This document shows, piece by piece, positions 47,640-57,328 of a stretch of 64,000 bases of DNA; position 1 is the first letter of the stretch, and the number at the start of each line of letters is the position of its first letter. Under the pieces are notes generated by a model. The model was not told the origin of the DNA and ran no database searches. It saw only the letters and a program-made list of their open reading frames with translations. The DNA comes from Verrucomicrobiaceae bacterium. GTDB taxonomy: Bacteria > Verrucomicrobiota > Verrucomicrobiia > Chthoniobacterales > JAATET01. Location of the stretch: the NCBI GenBank assembly GCA_027488755.1, contig JAIYAZ010000047.1, positions 95,982-159,981 on the forward strand, in the 5' to 3' direction. A program made the position numbers and the translations under genes.

Positions 47640-48236
47640 ATGACCCATAAAACCATCCGCACCCTCCTGCTTGTCGCCAGCTTTGGCGCCATGGCTCCCC
47701 TTGCCCACGCCCAGCTCAAGGTCGGCATCATCGACATGAACCGCGTGTTCACCGAGTATTACAAAACCAAGGACGCCGAGCAGAAGCTCAACGAACAGCG
47801 AGCCGCGGCGAAGAAGGAATTCGACGACCGCATCGAGACGCTCAAGAAGAGCATGGAGGAGATCAACAAGCTCAACGCCGCCATCGAGAAGCCCGAGCTG
47901 AGCAAGGACGCCAAGGAAGCCAAGGTGAAGGAAGCCCAGGCCAAGGTCGCCGAGGCCCGCAACCTCGACAAGGAAGTCAACGAGTTCAAGGGCACCCGCG
48001 AGCGCCAGCTCCAGGAGCAGTTTCTGCGCATGCGCAAGGACATCATCGAGGACATCATGAAGGTCGTGAACACCAAGGTCTCCGATGCCGGTTACGACGT
48101 CGTGCTCGACAAGTCGGGCCTGAGCATGGGCCAGGTGCCCGTCGTGATCTACTCGCGCGACGACCTCGACTTCAGCAAGGACATCGTCGCCAAGCTGAAC
48201 GCGAACGCGCCGAAGGTGAAGCCGGCCGCGCAGTAA
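47640..48236 (+). CDS. skp: OmpH/Skp periplasmic chaperone
   Basis: 198 aa. Signal peptide, KVGIIDMNRVF, a long Lys/Glu-rich coiled coil. Directly downstream of bamA. Confidence 0.85.
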   Translation: MTHKTIRTLLLVASFGAMAPLAHAQLKVGIIDMNRVFTEYYKTKDAEQKLNEQRAAAKKEFDDRIETLKKSMEEINKLNAAIEKPELSKDAKEAKVKEAQAKVAEARNLDKEVNEFKGTRERQLQEQFLRMRKDIIEDIMKVVNTKVSDAGYDVVLDKSGLSMGQVPVVIYSRDDLDFSKDIVAKLNANAPKVKPAAQ

Positions 48237-48265
48237 ACGGCCGCCCGCCTTTTAATCAGCCTTTC

Positions 48266-48308
48266 GCGGGGCGCTTCGGTTTCCGACCGGGGCGCCCCGC
48301 TTCTTTTT
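48266..48308 (+). terminator. Intrinsic terminator downstream of skp
   Basis: GC stem gcggggcgc (48266-48274) / gcgccccgc (48292-48300), followed by ttcttttt (48301-48308). Confidence 0.75.
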
Positions 48309-48325
48309 GCGCGGGAGCGGGGCGC

Positions 48326-50356
48326 TCAGGGTTTCGCCGAGAGGAGGGAGTCCTTCACCTTGGGCGGGAGGCTAGAGTTGGTGACCCAGGCGCGGGCGCG
48401 GTCCGGGTCGCGCCGGAGCCAGTTGGCCGCGAGGTTTTGGAGCTGGTTGTTGCGGCGGTTCTGGTCGGAGATGCTGCCGGCCCACTGCAGGGCGAGTTCG
48501 GGCTGGTTCTGCCCGAGCGAATAAACGAAGTCGCCGACGATCTCGTCGCGGTCCTTGCTGGCCGGCTGCCGGCTGAACCACTCCAAGGCGGTGCTGGCAT
48601 CCTGCCGCACCCAGTTGGACATGAGGGAGCTGAGGCCCTGCACGCGCGTGGGACCCTCGGGAAGCTGGCTGGCCCAGGCACCGGCGGCGGCGGGATCGGC
48701 GTCCACCCAGCGGCTGAGGACGTTGGTCGTGGCCCGCTGCTGCGCGGTGCCGGTGAGTTGGCTGGCCCAGCGGGCCGCGGCCTCGGGGTCCGCTTCCGCC
48801 CAGTTTCCGGAGATGTTGCCGAGCACGTCGTCGCGGGCCTCGCCGGGAGGGAGGTTGGCGGCCCAGCGGGCGGCGGCGGCGGGGTCGCTCTCGGACCAGC
48901 GGTCGGCGATGCCGCCGAGGGCGTTGGCGCGGCCCTGGCCCTCGGGGAGCTGGAGGGCCCATTTGGCGGCGGTGGCGACGTCGGTTTCGGCCCAGGTGCG
49001 GGCGATGTTGCTGTAGGCGTAGTCGCGGGCTTCGCCGGCGGGAAGGCGGCCGGCCCATTTGGCGGCGGCGGCGGGATCGGCTTCGGCCCAGTCGGAGGCG
49101 ATGTTCATCACGGCATTGCGCTGGGCGTCCCCGGGCGGAAGGTCGAGCACGAGCGTGGCGGCGGCTTCGGGATCCTCGGAGGCGAGACCGTTGATGTAGC
49201 CTTGCAGGACGGTTTTGCGGACGGCGGGGTCCTCCTGGGCGTCGACCCATTTTTTGGCGCCCTCGCGGTCCTGGCGGGCCCAGCTGTTGGCGAGGCTTTG
49301 GAGGAGATTATCCTGGTCGCGGGTGGAGGTGGTGAGCTCGATGAGGGCGACGGCGTTTTCGGGGGACTGGTTCATGGCGCCGTAGGTCATGCTGCGCACG
49401 AGTTCGGAGCGTTCGCGGCCGGGGGGCTGTTTTTGGAGCCACTCGAAGGCGCCGTCGAAATCCTGCTGGGACCAGGATTGCACGACGTTCGCCATGACCT
49501 GCTGGCGGGCGCGGCGGTCGGGGAGGGACTGCGCCCATTCGAGCGCGGCGTTGCGATCCGTCATGGCCCAGTGGCTGGCGACGACGGAGAGGGCGCTGTT
49601 GCGCATCTGGCCCGGGGGAAGGTTGGCGGCGCGTTCGGCGGCGGCGGCGGGGTCGCGCTGGGCGAAGCGGGAGAAGATCGCGTAGGCGGGGTCCATGCCG
49701 CGGCGCGTGGTTTTCATGGCAAGCGCGAGGTCGAGGGCCTGTTCGGGATTGGTCTCGGCGACGGCGGCGATGAGGGTGGCGCGGGCGTTGCGCTTGAGTT
49801 CGCCCTCGGGCAGGGCGCGCACCCAGGCTTCGGCGGCGGTGTAGTCGCCCGACGCCCAGCCGTTGAGGGTGTTGAGGATGTTTTGCTGGCGGGTGGGATC
49901 GTTGGGGAGCTGCTCCGCGTAGGCCATGGCCTCGCGGGGGGAAAGGCGGGCCCAGGCGCGGAGCACGGTGCCGACGGCCCAGCGGTCCTCGAGCTGCTGG
50001 GAGTTTTTGCGGAGCTGGTCGAGGACGCCGCGGGCGTTTTCGCGGGTGATGCCGTGCTTGGTGAGCCACCACAATTCGCCGGCGCGCTCGAAGTAGTCGG
50101 GATTGTCCATGGCCGCGGCGAGGCACGAGGCCAGGTCGGCGGTGGAGCGCGGGACGGCGTCGGAGCTGGAGAACATGGCGCCAAAGGCCGGGGGGAGCGG
50201 CTTGCCGCCGGCGCGTGCGGCCGGGGCCGGGCCGGAGGAGACCGCGCGGTTTTCGCCGGACGGGCTCGAGGCGGGGCCGCTTCCCCAATGCCCCGCCCAG
50301 AGGCCGAGAACGAACGCGACCAAGCCGACCGCCGCAGGGGGAATCCACGCCTTCAT
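48326..50356 (-). CDS. Membrane-anchored alpha-solenoid repeat protein (tandem ~32-38-aa W..DP.AA..WA..LP.G..R repeats)
   Basis: Trimmed to MKAWIPPAAVGLVAFVLGLWAG (TM anchor; ATG at 50356). 676 aa. The five best-conserved repeats are exactly 32 aa (96 nt), for example AAKWALQLPEGQGRANALGGIADRWSESDPAA / AARWAANLPPGEARDDVLGNISGNWAEADPEA. Confidence 0.7.
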   Translation of the reverse strand: MKAWIPPAAVGLVAFVLGLWAGHWGSGPASSPSGENRAVSSGPAPAARAGGKPLPPAFGAMFSSSDAVPRSTADLASCLAAAMDNPDYFERAGELWWLTKHGITRENARGVLDQLRKNSQQLEDRWAVGTVLRAWARLSPREAMAYAEQLPNDPTRQQNILNTLNGWASGDYTAAEAWVRALPEGELKRNARATLIAAVAETNPEQALDLALAMKTTRRGMDPAYAIFSRFAQRDPAAAAERAANLPPGQMRNSALSVVASHWAMTDRNAALEWAQSLPDRRARQQVMANVVQSWSQQDFDGAFEWLQKQPPGRERSELVRSMTYGAMNQSPENAVALIELTTSTRDQDNLLQSLANSWARQDREGAKKWVDAQEDPAVRKTVLQGYINGLASEDPEAAATLVLDLPPGDAQRNAVMNIASDWAEADPAAAAKWAGRLPAGEARDYAYSNIARTWAETDVATAAKWALQLPEGQGRANALGGIADRWSESDPAAAARWAANLPPGEARDDVLGNISGNWAEADPEAAARWASQLTGTAQQRATTNVLSRWVDADPAAAGAWASQLPEGPTRVQGLSSLMSNWVRQDASTALEWFSRQPASKDRDEIVGDFVYSLGQNQPELALQWAGSISDQNRRNNQLQNLAANWLRRDPDRARAWVTNSSLPPKVKDSLLSAKP

Positions 50357-50458
50357 GCCGGTTGCGATTGAGCCCGTCCGCGGGCGGCGCGGCAAGATTC
50401 GATTTCGGGCGCAATCCGCATTGACAAAACCGGCGCGCATTCGGCTGAATGCAAACCC

Positions 50459-50911
50459 ATGATTTCCCTCCTCGTTGCCGGCGGCATTTCCCTGGCCGCT
50501 CCCGTTGCGCCCTTCAATTGGCCCGATATCAACAACCACACGCTGCGGGGCGAGGTGATTCCCTCGAGTCAGGTCGTGACCCGCAACCGCTGGGGCACCC
50601 CGATGCTTCCCGACGGCAAGGGCGGCTACAGCTTGATTGCGCCGATCAACCCGGAGTTCATCCAGCAGAGCCTCATCATTCCTCCGCGCACGACGAACAT
50701 GGTGGCTTTCCGTCCGCTGCCGCCGGTGGATGCCACGGTGGATTTGCCGGCCTCGGCGCCGGTTTCGGCCCCGGCGGTGACTGCGCCGGTTGCGCCCGAA
50801 GCGGCCCCGGTGGAAGCGGCCCTGCCGGCCGGCGACACGCTGCCCGCGGCGGCGCCCGACGCGGCTCCGGCCGCGGCTCCCGCCGCCGATTCGTGGGGCA
50901 CGCCCCAGTAA
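50459..50911 (+). CDS. Hypothetical secreted protein with an Ala/Pro-rich C-terminus
   Basis: 150 aa. N-terminal hydrophobic MISLLVAGGISLAAPVAP and a low-complexity tail. Divergent from the repeat-protein gene. No family recognised. Confidence 0.4.
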   Translation: MISLLVAGGISLAAPVAPFNWPDINNHTLRGEVIPSSQVVTRNRWGTPMLPDGKGGYSLIAPINPEFIQQSLIIPPRTTNMVAFRPLPPVDATVDLPASAPVSAPAVTAPVAPEAAPVEAALPAGDTLPAAAPDAAPAAAPAADSWGTPQ

Positions 50912-50951
50912 GCCGGCGGCGCGTCCGTTGCGTTCGTGCCCGGCGGGAAGT

Positions 50952-51554
50952 TTACCCCGGGCTGATCACCTTCCAGCCGGTCCACACGACCAGGCCGATG
51001 GCCCCGACGTAGAGCCAGGAGGCGACGGCCAGAACGGAGCCGATGGCGAGGATGAGCCCGTCGCGGCCCAACAGGCCGATGCCGAGCGTGGCGAGGGAAA
51101 GGGCGGGCACGACGTTTGAGCCCGGGCCCGGCACGGCGAGCGCCATGCTGGCCGAAACGATCGCGGAGCCCGAGACGGTGCGGGACGCGGAGAAGGAATC
51201 CCAGCGCGGCTTGACCCAGCGGTCGAGCAGCCGGCCGATGCGCAGCGTGGTGCGGCGCAGGATGGAGAGCACCTTTTCGGACACGGTGTGCCGAGCGAGG
51301 AGGTGGGGGAGGTTCACCTGCGGGCGGCTGATGAAGCGGAAGCCGAGCAGGGCGAGGGCGAGACCGGCCGGCGTGGAGAGGCCCGGTGTGGGCATGGGGA
51401 TGAGGAACGGCACCCCGACCATGACGAGGAGCAGGCCGAGTTCGCGTCCGCGGAGGCGGGTGGTGAGTTCTCCGAGCGTCGCCTGTTGCCGGCCGCGAAA
51501 GACGCGGGCGAGTTCACGACTCAGGCGGGGCGGGAGCGGGGAGGCGGCATTCAT
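50952..51554 (-). CDS. ExoD-like membrane protein (exopolysaccharide synthesis family)
   Basis: 200 aa. LGLLLVMVGVPFLIPMPTPGLSTPAGLALALLG resembles the ExoD family signature. Several TM helices. Confidence 0.6.
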   Translation of the reverse strand: MNAASPLPPRLSRELARVFRGRQQATLGELTTRLRGRELGLLLVMVGVPFLIPMPTPGLSTPAGLALALLGFRFISRPQVNLPHLLARHTVSEKVLSILRRTTLRIGRLLDRWVKPRWDSFSASRTVSGSAIVSASMALAVPGPGSNVVPALSLATLGIGLLGRDGLILAIGSVLAVASWLYVGAIGLVVWTGWKVISPG

Positions 51555-51569
51555 GCGGGTGCGGCGGGA

Positions 51570-53129
51570 TTACGAGCGGGCGGGGCTGGGTGATTCCTTG
51601 GAGGTGGTGACGGTCAGCACGTCGTGCGGGGCGCTTTCGCGCTGGCCGGCCGGGGTGACGCGGATGTAGCGGGCGTTTTGGCGGAGAGTGGGCAGGTCAC
51701 GGGCGCCAAGGTAGCCCATTCCGGCCTGGACGCCACCGATGAGTTCGCGGAGCACGTCGTCGAGCGGACCGGCGGCCTCCTTGAGGGCTTCGATGCCCTC
51801 GGGGGCGGCCTTGGTGGTGGCGTCCTTGCGCTCGTGGCCGTAGCGAGCGGCGGAGCCTTCCTTCATGGCCTCGCGGCTGCCCATGCCGCGGTATTGCTTG
51901 TAGAGCTTGCCGCCGATTTCAATCACGCGGCCGGGCGCTTCGTTGCAGCCGGCGAGCAGGCCGCCGCAGATCACGGCGTCGGCGAGGGTGAGGGCTTTGA
52001 CGATGTCGCCGGACTTCGTGATGCCGCCGTCGGCGATGATGCGCACGCCGGCCTTCGCGGCGGCGCGGGAGGCGACGTAGAGCGCGGTCATCTGCGGGAT
52101 GCCCACGCCGGCGACGACGCGGGTGGTGCAGATCGAGCCGGGGCCCTGGCCGATCTTGATGGCGTTGGCGCCGGCCTGGGCGAGGAATTCCACGCCTTCG
52201 CCGCAGGTGACGTTGCCCGCGATGAGGGTGAGCTCCGGGAAAAGCTCGCGGAGCAGCCGCACGGCGTCGCCGACTCCGCGGGAGAAACCGTGCGCGGTCG
52301 AGACGGCGATGGCGTCGATGCCTTCATCGATGAGGCGGCCGACGTGGGCGGCGATGCGGTCGCGGTCGAGGCTGCCGTCGGGCCGGCGGTGGGCGGAAAT
52401 GGCAGCGCCGCAGACGAGGCGGAGCTTGGCGTCGCGGGCCGGTTTGACGATGCGCTGGGCCTCCTCGCCGATGCGCTCGACGTCGCTGAACGTGAAGAGG
52501 CCGCGGAGGCGGTCTTCGTCATCCACGACGAGGAGTTTGTGGATGCCGATGTGGTCGGTGAAAAAGCGGTCGGCGGTTTCGATGGGGTTCTCGCGGATCT
52601 CCGACTCGCGCAGCGTGTAGAGGCTGGTGCGCGGGGTCATGGCCTCGGAGACGAGGCGGTCGTGGTAGCGTTCGCGCACGGCGGAGCCGGAGAGCAGGCC
52701 GAGAAGACGGTCGTTTTCGTCCACGACGGGGAAGGTGCGGAAGCGGAAGCCGCGCTTTTCGACGAGTTCGAGAATCTCGCCGATGCGCTGGGTGGGCGAG
52801 GCTTTGATGGGCTCCTGGATGAAGCCGTGGATGTGGTTTTTGACGCGGGCGACCTCCTTCACCTGGGCGTCATCGGACATGTTGTAGTGGATGAGGCCGA
52901 TGCCGCCGTTGAGGGCCATCTGGATGGCCATGCGGGCTTCGGTCACGGTGTCCATGTCGGACGAGACCACGGGGATCTGGAGGTTCAGGCGCTCGGAGAG
53001 CGAGACCGCGAGGGTGGTTTCCCGGGGCAGGACCTCGGAGTAGCGGGTCGCGAGGGAAATGTCGTCGAACGTCAATCCCGCGGGATGCACCGCGGAGAAA
53101 AAGGAATCGGCGGGCAGGTAGAATTCCAT
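51570..53129 (-). CDS. guaB: IMP dehydrogenase
   Basis: 519 aa. [17 protein letters not shown], a CBS pair, catalytic loop [29 protein letters not shown]. Confidence 0.95.
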   Translation of the reverse strand: MEFYLPADSFFSAVHPAGLTFDDISLATRYSEVLPRETTLAVSLSERLNLQIPVVSSDMDTVTEARMAIQMALNGGIGLIHYNMSDDAQVKEVARVKNHIHGFIQEPIKASPTQRIGEILELVEKRGFRFRTFPVVDENDRLLGLLSGSAVRERYHDRLVSEAMTPRTSLYTLRESEIRENPIETADRFFTDHIGIHKLLVVDDEDRLRGLFTFSDVERIGEEAQRIVKPARDAKLRLVCGAAISAHRRPDGSLDRDRIAAHVGRLIDEGIDAIAVSTAHGFSRGVGDAVRLLRELFPELTLIAGNVTCGEGVEFLAQAGANAIKIGQGPGSICTTRVVAGVGIPQMTALYVASRAAAKAGVRIIADGGITKSGDIVKALTLADAVICGGLLAGCNEAPGRVIEIGGKLYKQYRGMGSREAMKEGSAARYGHERKDATTKAAPEGIEALKEAAGPLDDVLRELIGGVQAGMGYLGARDLPTLRQNARYIRVTPAGQRESAPHDVLTVTTSKESPSPARS

Positions 53130-53223
53130 GTCAGAGGGTGCCCGGGGGCGCGGGCGGGCTCAAGCAGAAATCGGTGCGTTTGCGCTTTGATCGCGTCGGC
53201 CGGGCCGGGTAGGTTCTGGCGCC

Positions 53224-53925
53224 ATGCGTGGGCCCAGGATTCGAGAACTTCCCGAGGCGGATCGCCCCCGGGAGAAGCTCACCCAGCGGGGGGCGGCGAG
53301 TCTCACGGACGCGGAGTTGATTGCCATTTTTCTACGAACGGGCACGGCGGAGCGCGACGTGATCGACGTGGCGAGGGACGTGCTCGCCGCGCGGGGCGGG
53401 CTGCACGCGCTGGCCCGGGCCTCGGTGCAGGAGATCCGCAATGCGACGAAGGGCATCGACCCGGCGAAGGCGGTGGAGCTGGCGGCGGTGTTTGAGGTGG
53501 GTCGCCGGCTGGCGCGCGGCGCGGAGGAGCAGCCCCGGTTGAACAGCCCGGAGGCCGTGCATGAGCTGCTTGCGCCCGAGTGCGCGACCCTCGACCGCGA
53601 GCGGCTTTATGTGCTGCTTGTGAACACGCGGCACCGGTTGATCCGGATGGAGAGGGTTTCCGTCGGCTCGCTCTCCGAGAGCGTGGCGCATCCGCGCGAG
53701 ATTTTGCGTCCGGCCTTGATTCATTCGGCCTTTGGATTTGTCCTCGCACACAACCACCCCTCGGGCGACCCGTCGCCGAGCGAGGCCGACCGGCGGCTCA
53801 CGCGGCGGATCCACGAGGCCGCGGATCTGCTCCAGCTGCGGCTCCTCGATCACGTGATCATCGGCGCGCCGGCTCCGGATCGCGCCGCCCCCTACTACAG
53901 CTTTAAGGAAAACGGACTTTTGTGA
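53224..53925 (+). CDS. radC: RadC-like JAB-domain protein (UPF0758)
   Basis: 233 aa. PREKL...LSDAELIAIFLRTG-like TDAELIAIFLRTGT, and the JAMM motif HNHPSGDPSPSEAD. Confidence 0.85.
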   Translation: MRGPRIRELPEADRPREKLTQRGAASLTDAELIAIFLRTGTAERDVIDVARDVLAARGGLHALARASVQEIRNATKGIDPAKAVELAAVFEVGRRLARGAEEQPRLNSPEAVHELLAPECATLDRERLYVLLVNTRHRLIRMERVSVGSLSESVAHPREILRPALIHSAFGFVLAHNHPSGDPSPSEADRRLTRRIHEAADLLQLRLLDHVIIGAPAPDRAAPYYSFKENGLL

Positions 53926-54731
53926 ACATTCATCCCACCGCCATCATTGAAGACGGCGCCGTGCTTGGCGCGGACGTCGAGGTCGGGCCCTACGCCATCG
54001 TCGGTCGCGAGGCGGTCGTCGGCGCGGGCACCCGCATTTTGAGCCATGCCGTGCTGGACGGCCGCGTGACCCTCGGCGAGCGCAACGTGGTCGGCCACGG
54101 GGCGGTGATTGGCGCGCCGCCGCAGGACTTTGCGTTTGATCCGGACACCGAAACCGGGGTGCGCATTGGCAGCGGCAACACGTTTCGCGAACACGTCACG
54201 ATTCACCGCGGCACCAAGGCGGGCACGACCACCGAGGTGGGCGACGGTAACTTTGTGATGGTCGGTGTGCATTTCGGCCACAACGCCCGGGTGGGCAACC
54301 GCACGATCATCGCCAACAACTGCCTGCTCGCCGGCCACGTCGAGGTGCAGGATGGCGCGGTGCTTGGGGGCGGCACGGTGTTCCACCAGTTCATGCGCGT
54401 GGGCCGGCTGGCGATGGTTCGCGGCGGCACGCGATTCGGGAAGGACATCCCGCCCTTCTGCGTGGCGGACGGCGAAAACCTGCTCTCCGGCCTCAACGCC
54501 GTGGGGCTGCGGCGGGCCGGATTTTCCGGCGAAAGCCGGCTGGAGATCAAACGGCTGTTCAAGCTCGTCTTTCGCTCCGGGCTGAACCTGAGCCAGGCCC
54601 TCGCGGAGGCGGAGGCGCTGGCCTGGAACGCCGAGGCGCGGGAGTTCCTCGACTTTCTCGCGTCGGCGAAGCGCCGCGGGGTGTGCGCGGCCAATCAGCG
54701 CGCGGGTGCCGGCGAGGCCGGGGAGGACTAG
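53922..54731 (+). CDS. lpxA: Acyl-ACP--UDP-N-acetylglucosamine O-acyltransferase
   Basis: 269 aa. The GTG start overlaps the radC stop (GTGA). IHPTAIIEDGAVLG hexapeptide repeats, and the C-terminal helical domain GLNAVGLRRAGF. Confidence 0.9.
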   Translation: MNIHPTAIIEDGAVLGADVEVGPYAIVGREAVVGAGTRILSHAVLDGRVTLGERNVVGHGAVIGAPPQDFAFDPDTETGVRIGSGNTFREHVTIHRGTKAGTTTEVGDGNFVMVGVHFGHNARVGNRTIIANNCLLAGHVEVQDGAVLGGGTVFHQFMRVGRLAMVRGGTRFGKDIPPFCVADGENLLSGLNAVGLRRAGFSGESRLEIKRLFKLVFRSGLNLSQALAEAEALAWNAEAREFLDFLASAKRRGVCAANQRAGAGEAGED

Positions 54732-55993
54732 GGCCCCTGCGCCGCGCGCACGGCGGCGGTGTAGACCTCGCGGACGCTAATGCCGTGATGTTCCGCGACG
54801 GTCCGGCAGCTTTCGAACTCCGGCGCGAGCTGCACGAGCTCCCCGTCGAGCCAGCCGCGCTTGATGGTCACGGGGCCGAATTCCGTGCCGGCGGTGACCG
54901 TGTCGCGCTGCAGCTTTAGGCGGCGGCAATCGTGCATACGCACGCCGAAGGCCGTGGTCTCGCGCAGGATGCGGCGGGCAAATTCCGCGGCGCGGGCCGG
55001 CTCGACGAGGACGCTGAGCCGCTGGGCGGGGCGGCCTTTTTTCATGAGGATCGGCGTCACCCACACGTCGAGCGCGCCGGCGGCCAGCAGGCTCGTGGTG
55101 GCGGCGGCGAGTAGCTCGGGGGAGAGGTCGTCGAGGTTGGCCTCGATTTCGGTGACCAGGTCTCGGTCGGTGTCCGCGGCGGCGACCGAACCGAGCACGG
55201 CGCGGACGACGTTCGGGCGATGCGCGGGATTGCGCGTGCCGGCCCCGTAGCCGATGCGTTCGGCGGCGAGGGCGGGCATGGGGCCGAAGCCCTCCGCAAA
55301 TTCCGCGAGGATCGCCGCGCCGGTGGGCGTGAGGAATTCGCCGGGTTCGTCCACCTGGCGCAGCGGGATGCCGGCGAGGATTTCCAGCGTGGCCGGCGCG
55401 GGGAGGGGAAACTGGCCGTGGGCGCAGGGGATGAAGCCGCGGCCTTCGACGAGCTGCGAAGCGAGCACGCGCGGGACGCCGAGCGCCTCGAGTCCGACGC
55501 AGAAGCCGACGATGTCGACGATGGAGTCAATCGCGCCGACCTCGTGGAAATGGACGTCGTCCGGCGGCAGGCCGTGGATTTTTCCCTCCGCCACGGCGAT
55601 GCGCCGGAAGGTGGCCACCGCGCGCTCGCGCACAAACGGCGAGAGGGTGCTCGCCTCGATCAGGCGGCGGATTTCCGCAAAGCCCCGGCCGTGGGCGTGG
55701 GAGTGTGCGTGGCCTTCGTGGGAATGGGCGTGCTCGTGTTGGTGATCGTGGTGGTGGTGATCGTGGGTGTGCGGATGTTCGTGCGAGTGCTCGTGCGGGA
55801 GGTGCACGTCGAACTTGGTGGCGGCGATCTGGCAGCGTTCGACGCGGGAGACGTGAAGATGAAATTCCGCGTCGAGCCCGAGTTTGCCGAGTTCGCCGCG
55901 GAGGGTGGCGGCGTCCACGCCGAGGTCGAGCAGGGCGCCGACCGCCATGTCGCCGGAGAGGCCCGAGAAGCAGTCGAGAAACAAGGTGCGCAT
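54728..55993 (-). CDS. larC: LarC-family nickel-insertion protein (DUF111; pyridinium-3,5-bisthiocarboxylate mononucleotide nickel chelatase)
   Basis: Trimmed to MRTLFLDCFSGLSGDMAVGALLDLG (the LarC N-terminal signature). His-rich tract HEHSHEHPHTHDHHHHDHQHEHAHSHEGHAHSHAHG. 421 aa. Confidence 0.85.
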   Translation of the reverse strand: MRTLFLDCFSGLSGDMAVGALLDLGVDAATLRGELGKLGLDAEFHLHVSRVERCQIAATKFDVHLPHEHSHEHPHTHDHHHHDHQHEHAHSHEGHAHSHAHGRGFAEIRRLIEASTLSPFVRERAVATFRRIAVAEGKIHGLPPDDVHFHEVGAIDSIVDIVGFCVGLEALGVPRVLASQLVEGRGFIPCAHGQFPLPAPATLEILAGIPLRQVDEPGEFLTPTGAAILAEFAEGFGPMPALAAERIGYGAGTRNPAHRPNVVRAVLGSVAAADTDRDLVTEIEANLDDLSPELLAAATTSLLAAGALDVWVTPILMKKGRPAQRLSVLVEPARAAEFARRILRETTAFGVRMHDCRRLKLQRDTVTAGTEFGPVTIKRGWLDGELVQLAPEFESCRTVAEHHGISVREVYTAAVRAAQGP

Positions 55994-56020
55994 CGCGGGA
56001 AAAGGATTTATGGAGCCACC

Positions 56021-57247
56021 ATGGCACACCGGTTTCTGCTCGGCAATGTCCTCGCATGCGGGCTCGCGCTGGCCGGCTTCGCCCGGGCCGATGGCCCCGA
56101 CGTCGCGGCGTTGAATCAGGCCTTCGGCTCCCCGCTTTGGCAGGACGAAAATCTGTGGGACGACGAGGATGCGGCGGTGGCGGAACGGCTCCAGTGGCCC
56201 GAGGAATCGCGCACAACGCAGGCCTCAAGCTTCCGCCGTTACGCCGGCCCGGAGGTGCGGCTGGTCGGGGCCCGGCCCTATTCGCTGGCGCTCTACGGCA
56301 AGGACGGGCGCGTGGAGCAAATTTCGATGGTCTTTGCCAACAAGGGCGACGTCACCCCCGCGGACCCGCGCCGGCCTGATGACTACAAGCGCCAGATCGC
56401 CGGGGATGCGCGGCAGATTGCGGCCACGCTCACGGCCGTGCTGGGGCCGCCTCGCGCGGAGCAGTTCGGCGAAGGCTCGAAGACGCGCGAGCGGGTGGAC
56501 CGCTGGGACTGGAAGGGACACACGATCCTGCTGGCCGCCCCGCGCGGGGAATACGTGGCGGTTCGCATCGTGCCGACCAGCGCCGCCGACGGGGAACTCG
56601 CCCCGCGGGTGCCCGACGCGACGCTCCGCGCCACGCTCAAGCAGCGCGTCGAGCACCGGGCCAACGGCGACGTCGTCCTGCGCGAGATTCCGATGGTGAA
56701 CCAGGGGCCGAAGGGCTATTGCGTGCCGGCCACCTGGGAGCGGGTGTTGCGTTACCTCGGCATTCCCGCCGACATGTATGTGCTGGCCATGGCGGGGCAG
56801 ACGCAGGCCGGCGGCGGCACCACCATTGCTGCGATGATGCTTGGGGCGGGCGAGGTTGTGCGCCGGAACGGACGCCGCCTCATCAATGGCACGGGCAAGC
56901 TCTCCACGCGAAGTGTCGCCAAATACATCGACGACGGGCTTCCGATCATCTGGGCGCTGTTTGTCGATCCCGCCACGGATCGGGATCTCTTCCGCCGCAC
57001 CAGCGAGCGGAGTCAGGCGGCGGACTGGGCCGGCTACCTCGACGCCCTCAAGCCCATCCGGAAGGCGGCCGCAAAAATCCGCATCAGCCGCGCCAACGGC
57101 CACGTCTGCATGATCATCGGCTACAACGCGCAAACGGACGAGCTGGCCATCTCCGATTCCTGGGGGCCCCAGTTCGCCGAACGCTGGATCACCGTCGAGG
57201 AAGCCAACGCGATCAGCCAAGGGCAGTTCAACGTCGTGAACTGGTAA
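56021..57247 (+). CDS. Secreted protein with a C-terminal papain-fold (C39-like) cysteine peptidase domain
   Basis: Trimmed to MAHRFLLGNVLACGLALAGFARA (signal peptide). NQGPKGYCVPATWERVLRY supplies Gln plus a nucleophile Cys. NGHVCMIIGYN...ISDSWG supplies His and Asp/Asn. 408 aa. Confidence 0.55.
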   Translation: MAHRFLLGNVLACGLALAGFARADGPDVAALNQAFGSPLWQDENLWDDEDAAVAERLQWPEESRTTQASSFRRYAGPEVRLVGARPYSLALYGKDGRVEQISMVFANKGDVTPADPRRPDDYKRQIAGDARQIAATLTAVLGPPRAEQFGEGSKTRERVDRWDWKGHTILLAAPRGEYVAVRIVPTSAADGELAPRVPDATLRATLKQRVEHRANGDVVLREIPMVNQGPKGYCVPATWERVLRYLGIPADMYVLAMAGQTQAGGGTTIAAMMLGAGEVVRRNGRRLINGTGKLSTRSVAKYIDDGLPIIWALFVDPATDRDLFRRTSERSQAADWAGYLDALKPIRKAAAKIRISRANGHVCMIIGYNAQTDELAISDSWGPQFAERWITVEEANAISQGQFNVVNW

Positions 57248-57328
57248 AAAACGCCGCGTCGGCCCGGGCGAAAATTTTCCGAATGCGCAGTGGAATTTCC
57301 GGCCCGCGTTGCCTTTACTTTCCGCTCC

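Noticed and set aside
48600-49200. Periodic DNA repeats that might be taken for a CRISPR array or VNTR
   Set aside because: The 96-nt periodicity is in frame within a long ORF and encodes diverged 32-aa protein repeats. There is no repeat-spacer architecture and no cas genes.
55690-55825. GTG/ATG-rich low-complexity DNA encoding a His-rich tract
   Set aside because: It is the known His-rich metal-binding region of LarC-family proteins (HEHSHEHPHTHDHHHHDHQHEHAHSHEGHAHSHAHG). It is not an artefact or an independent element.
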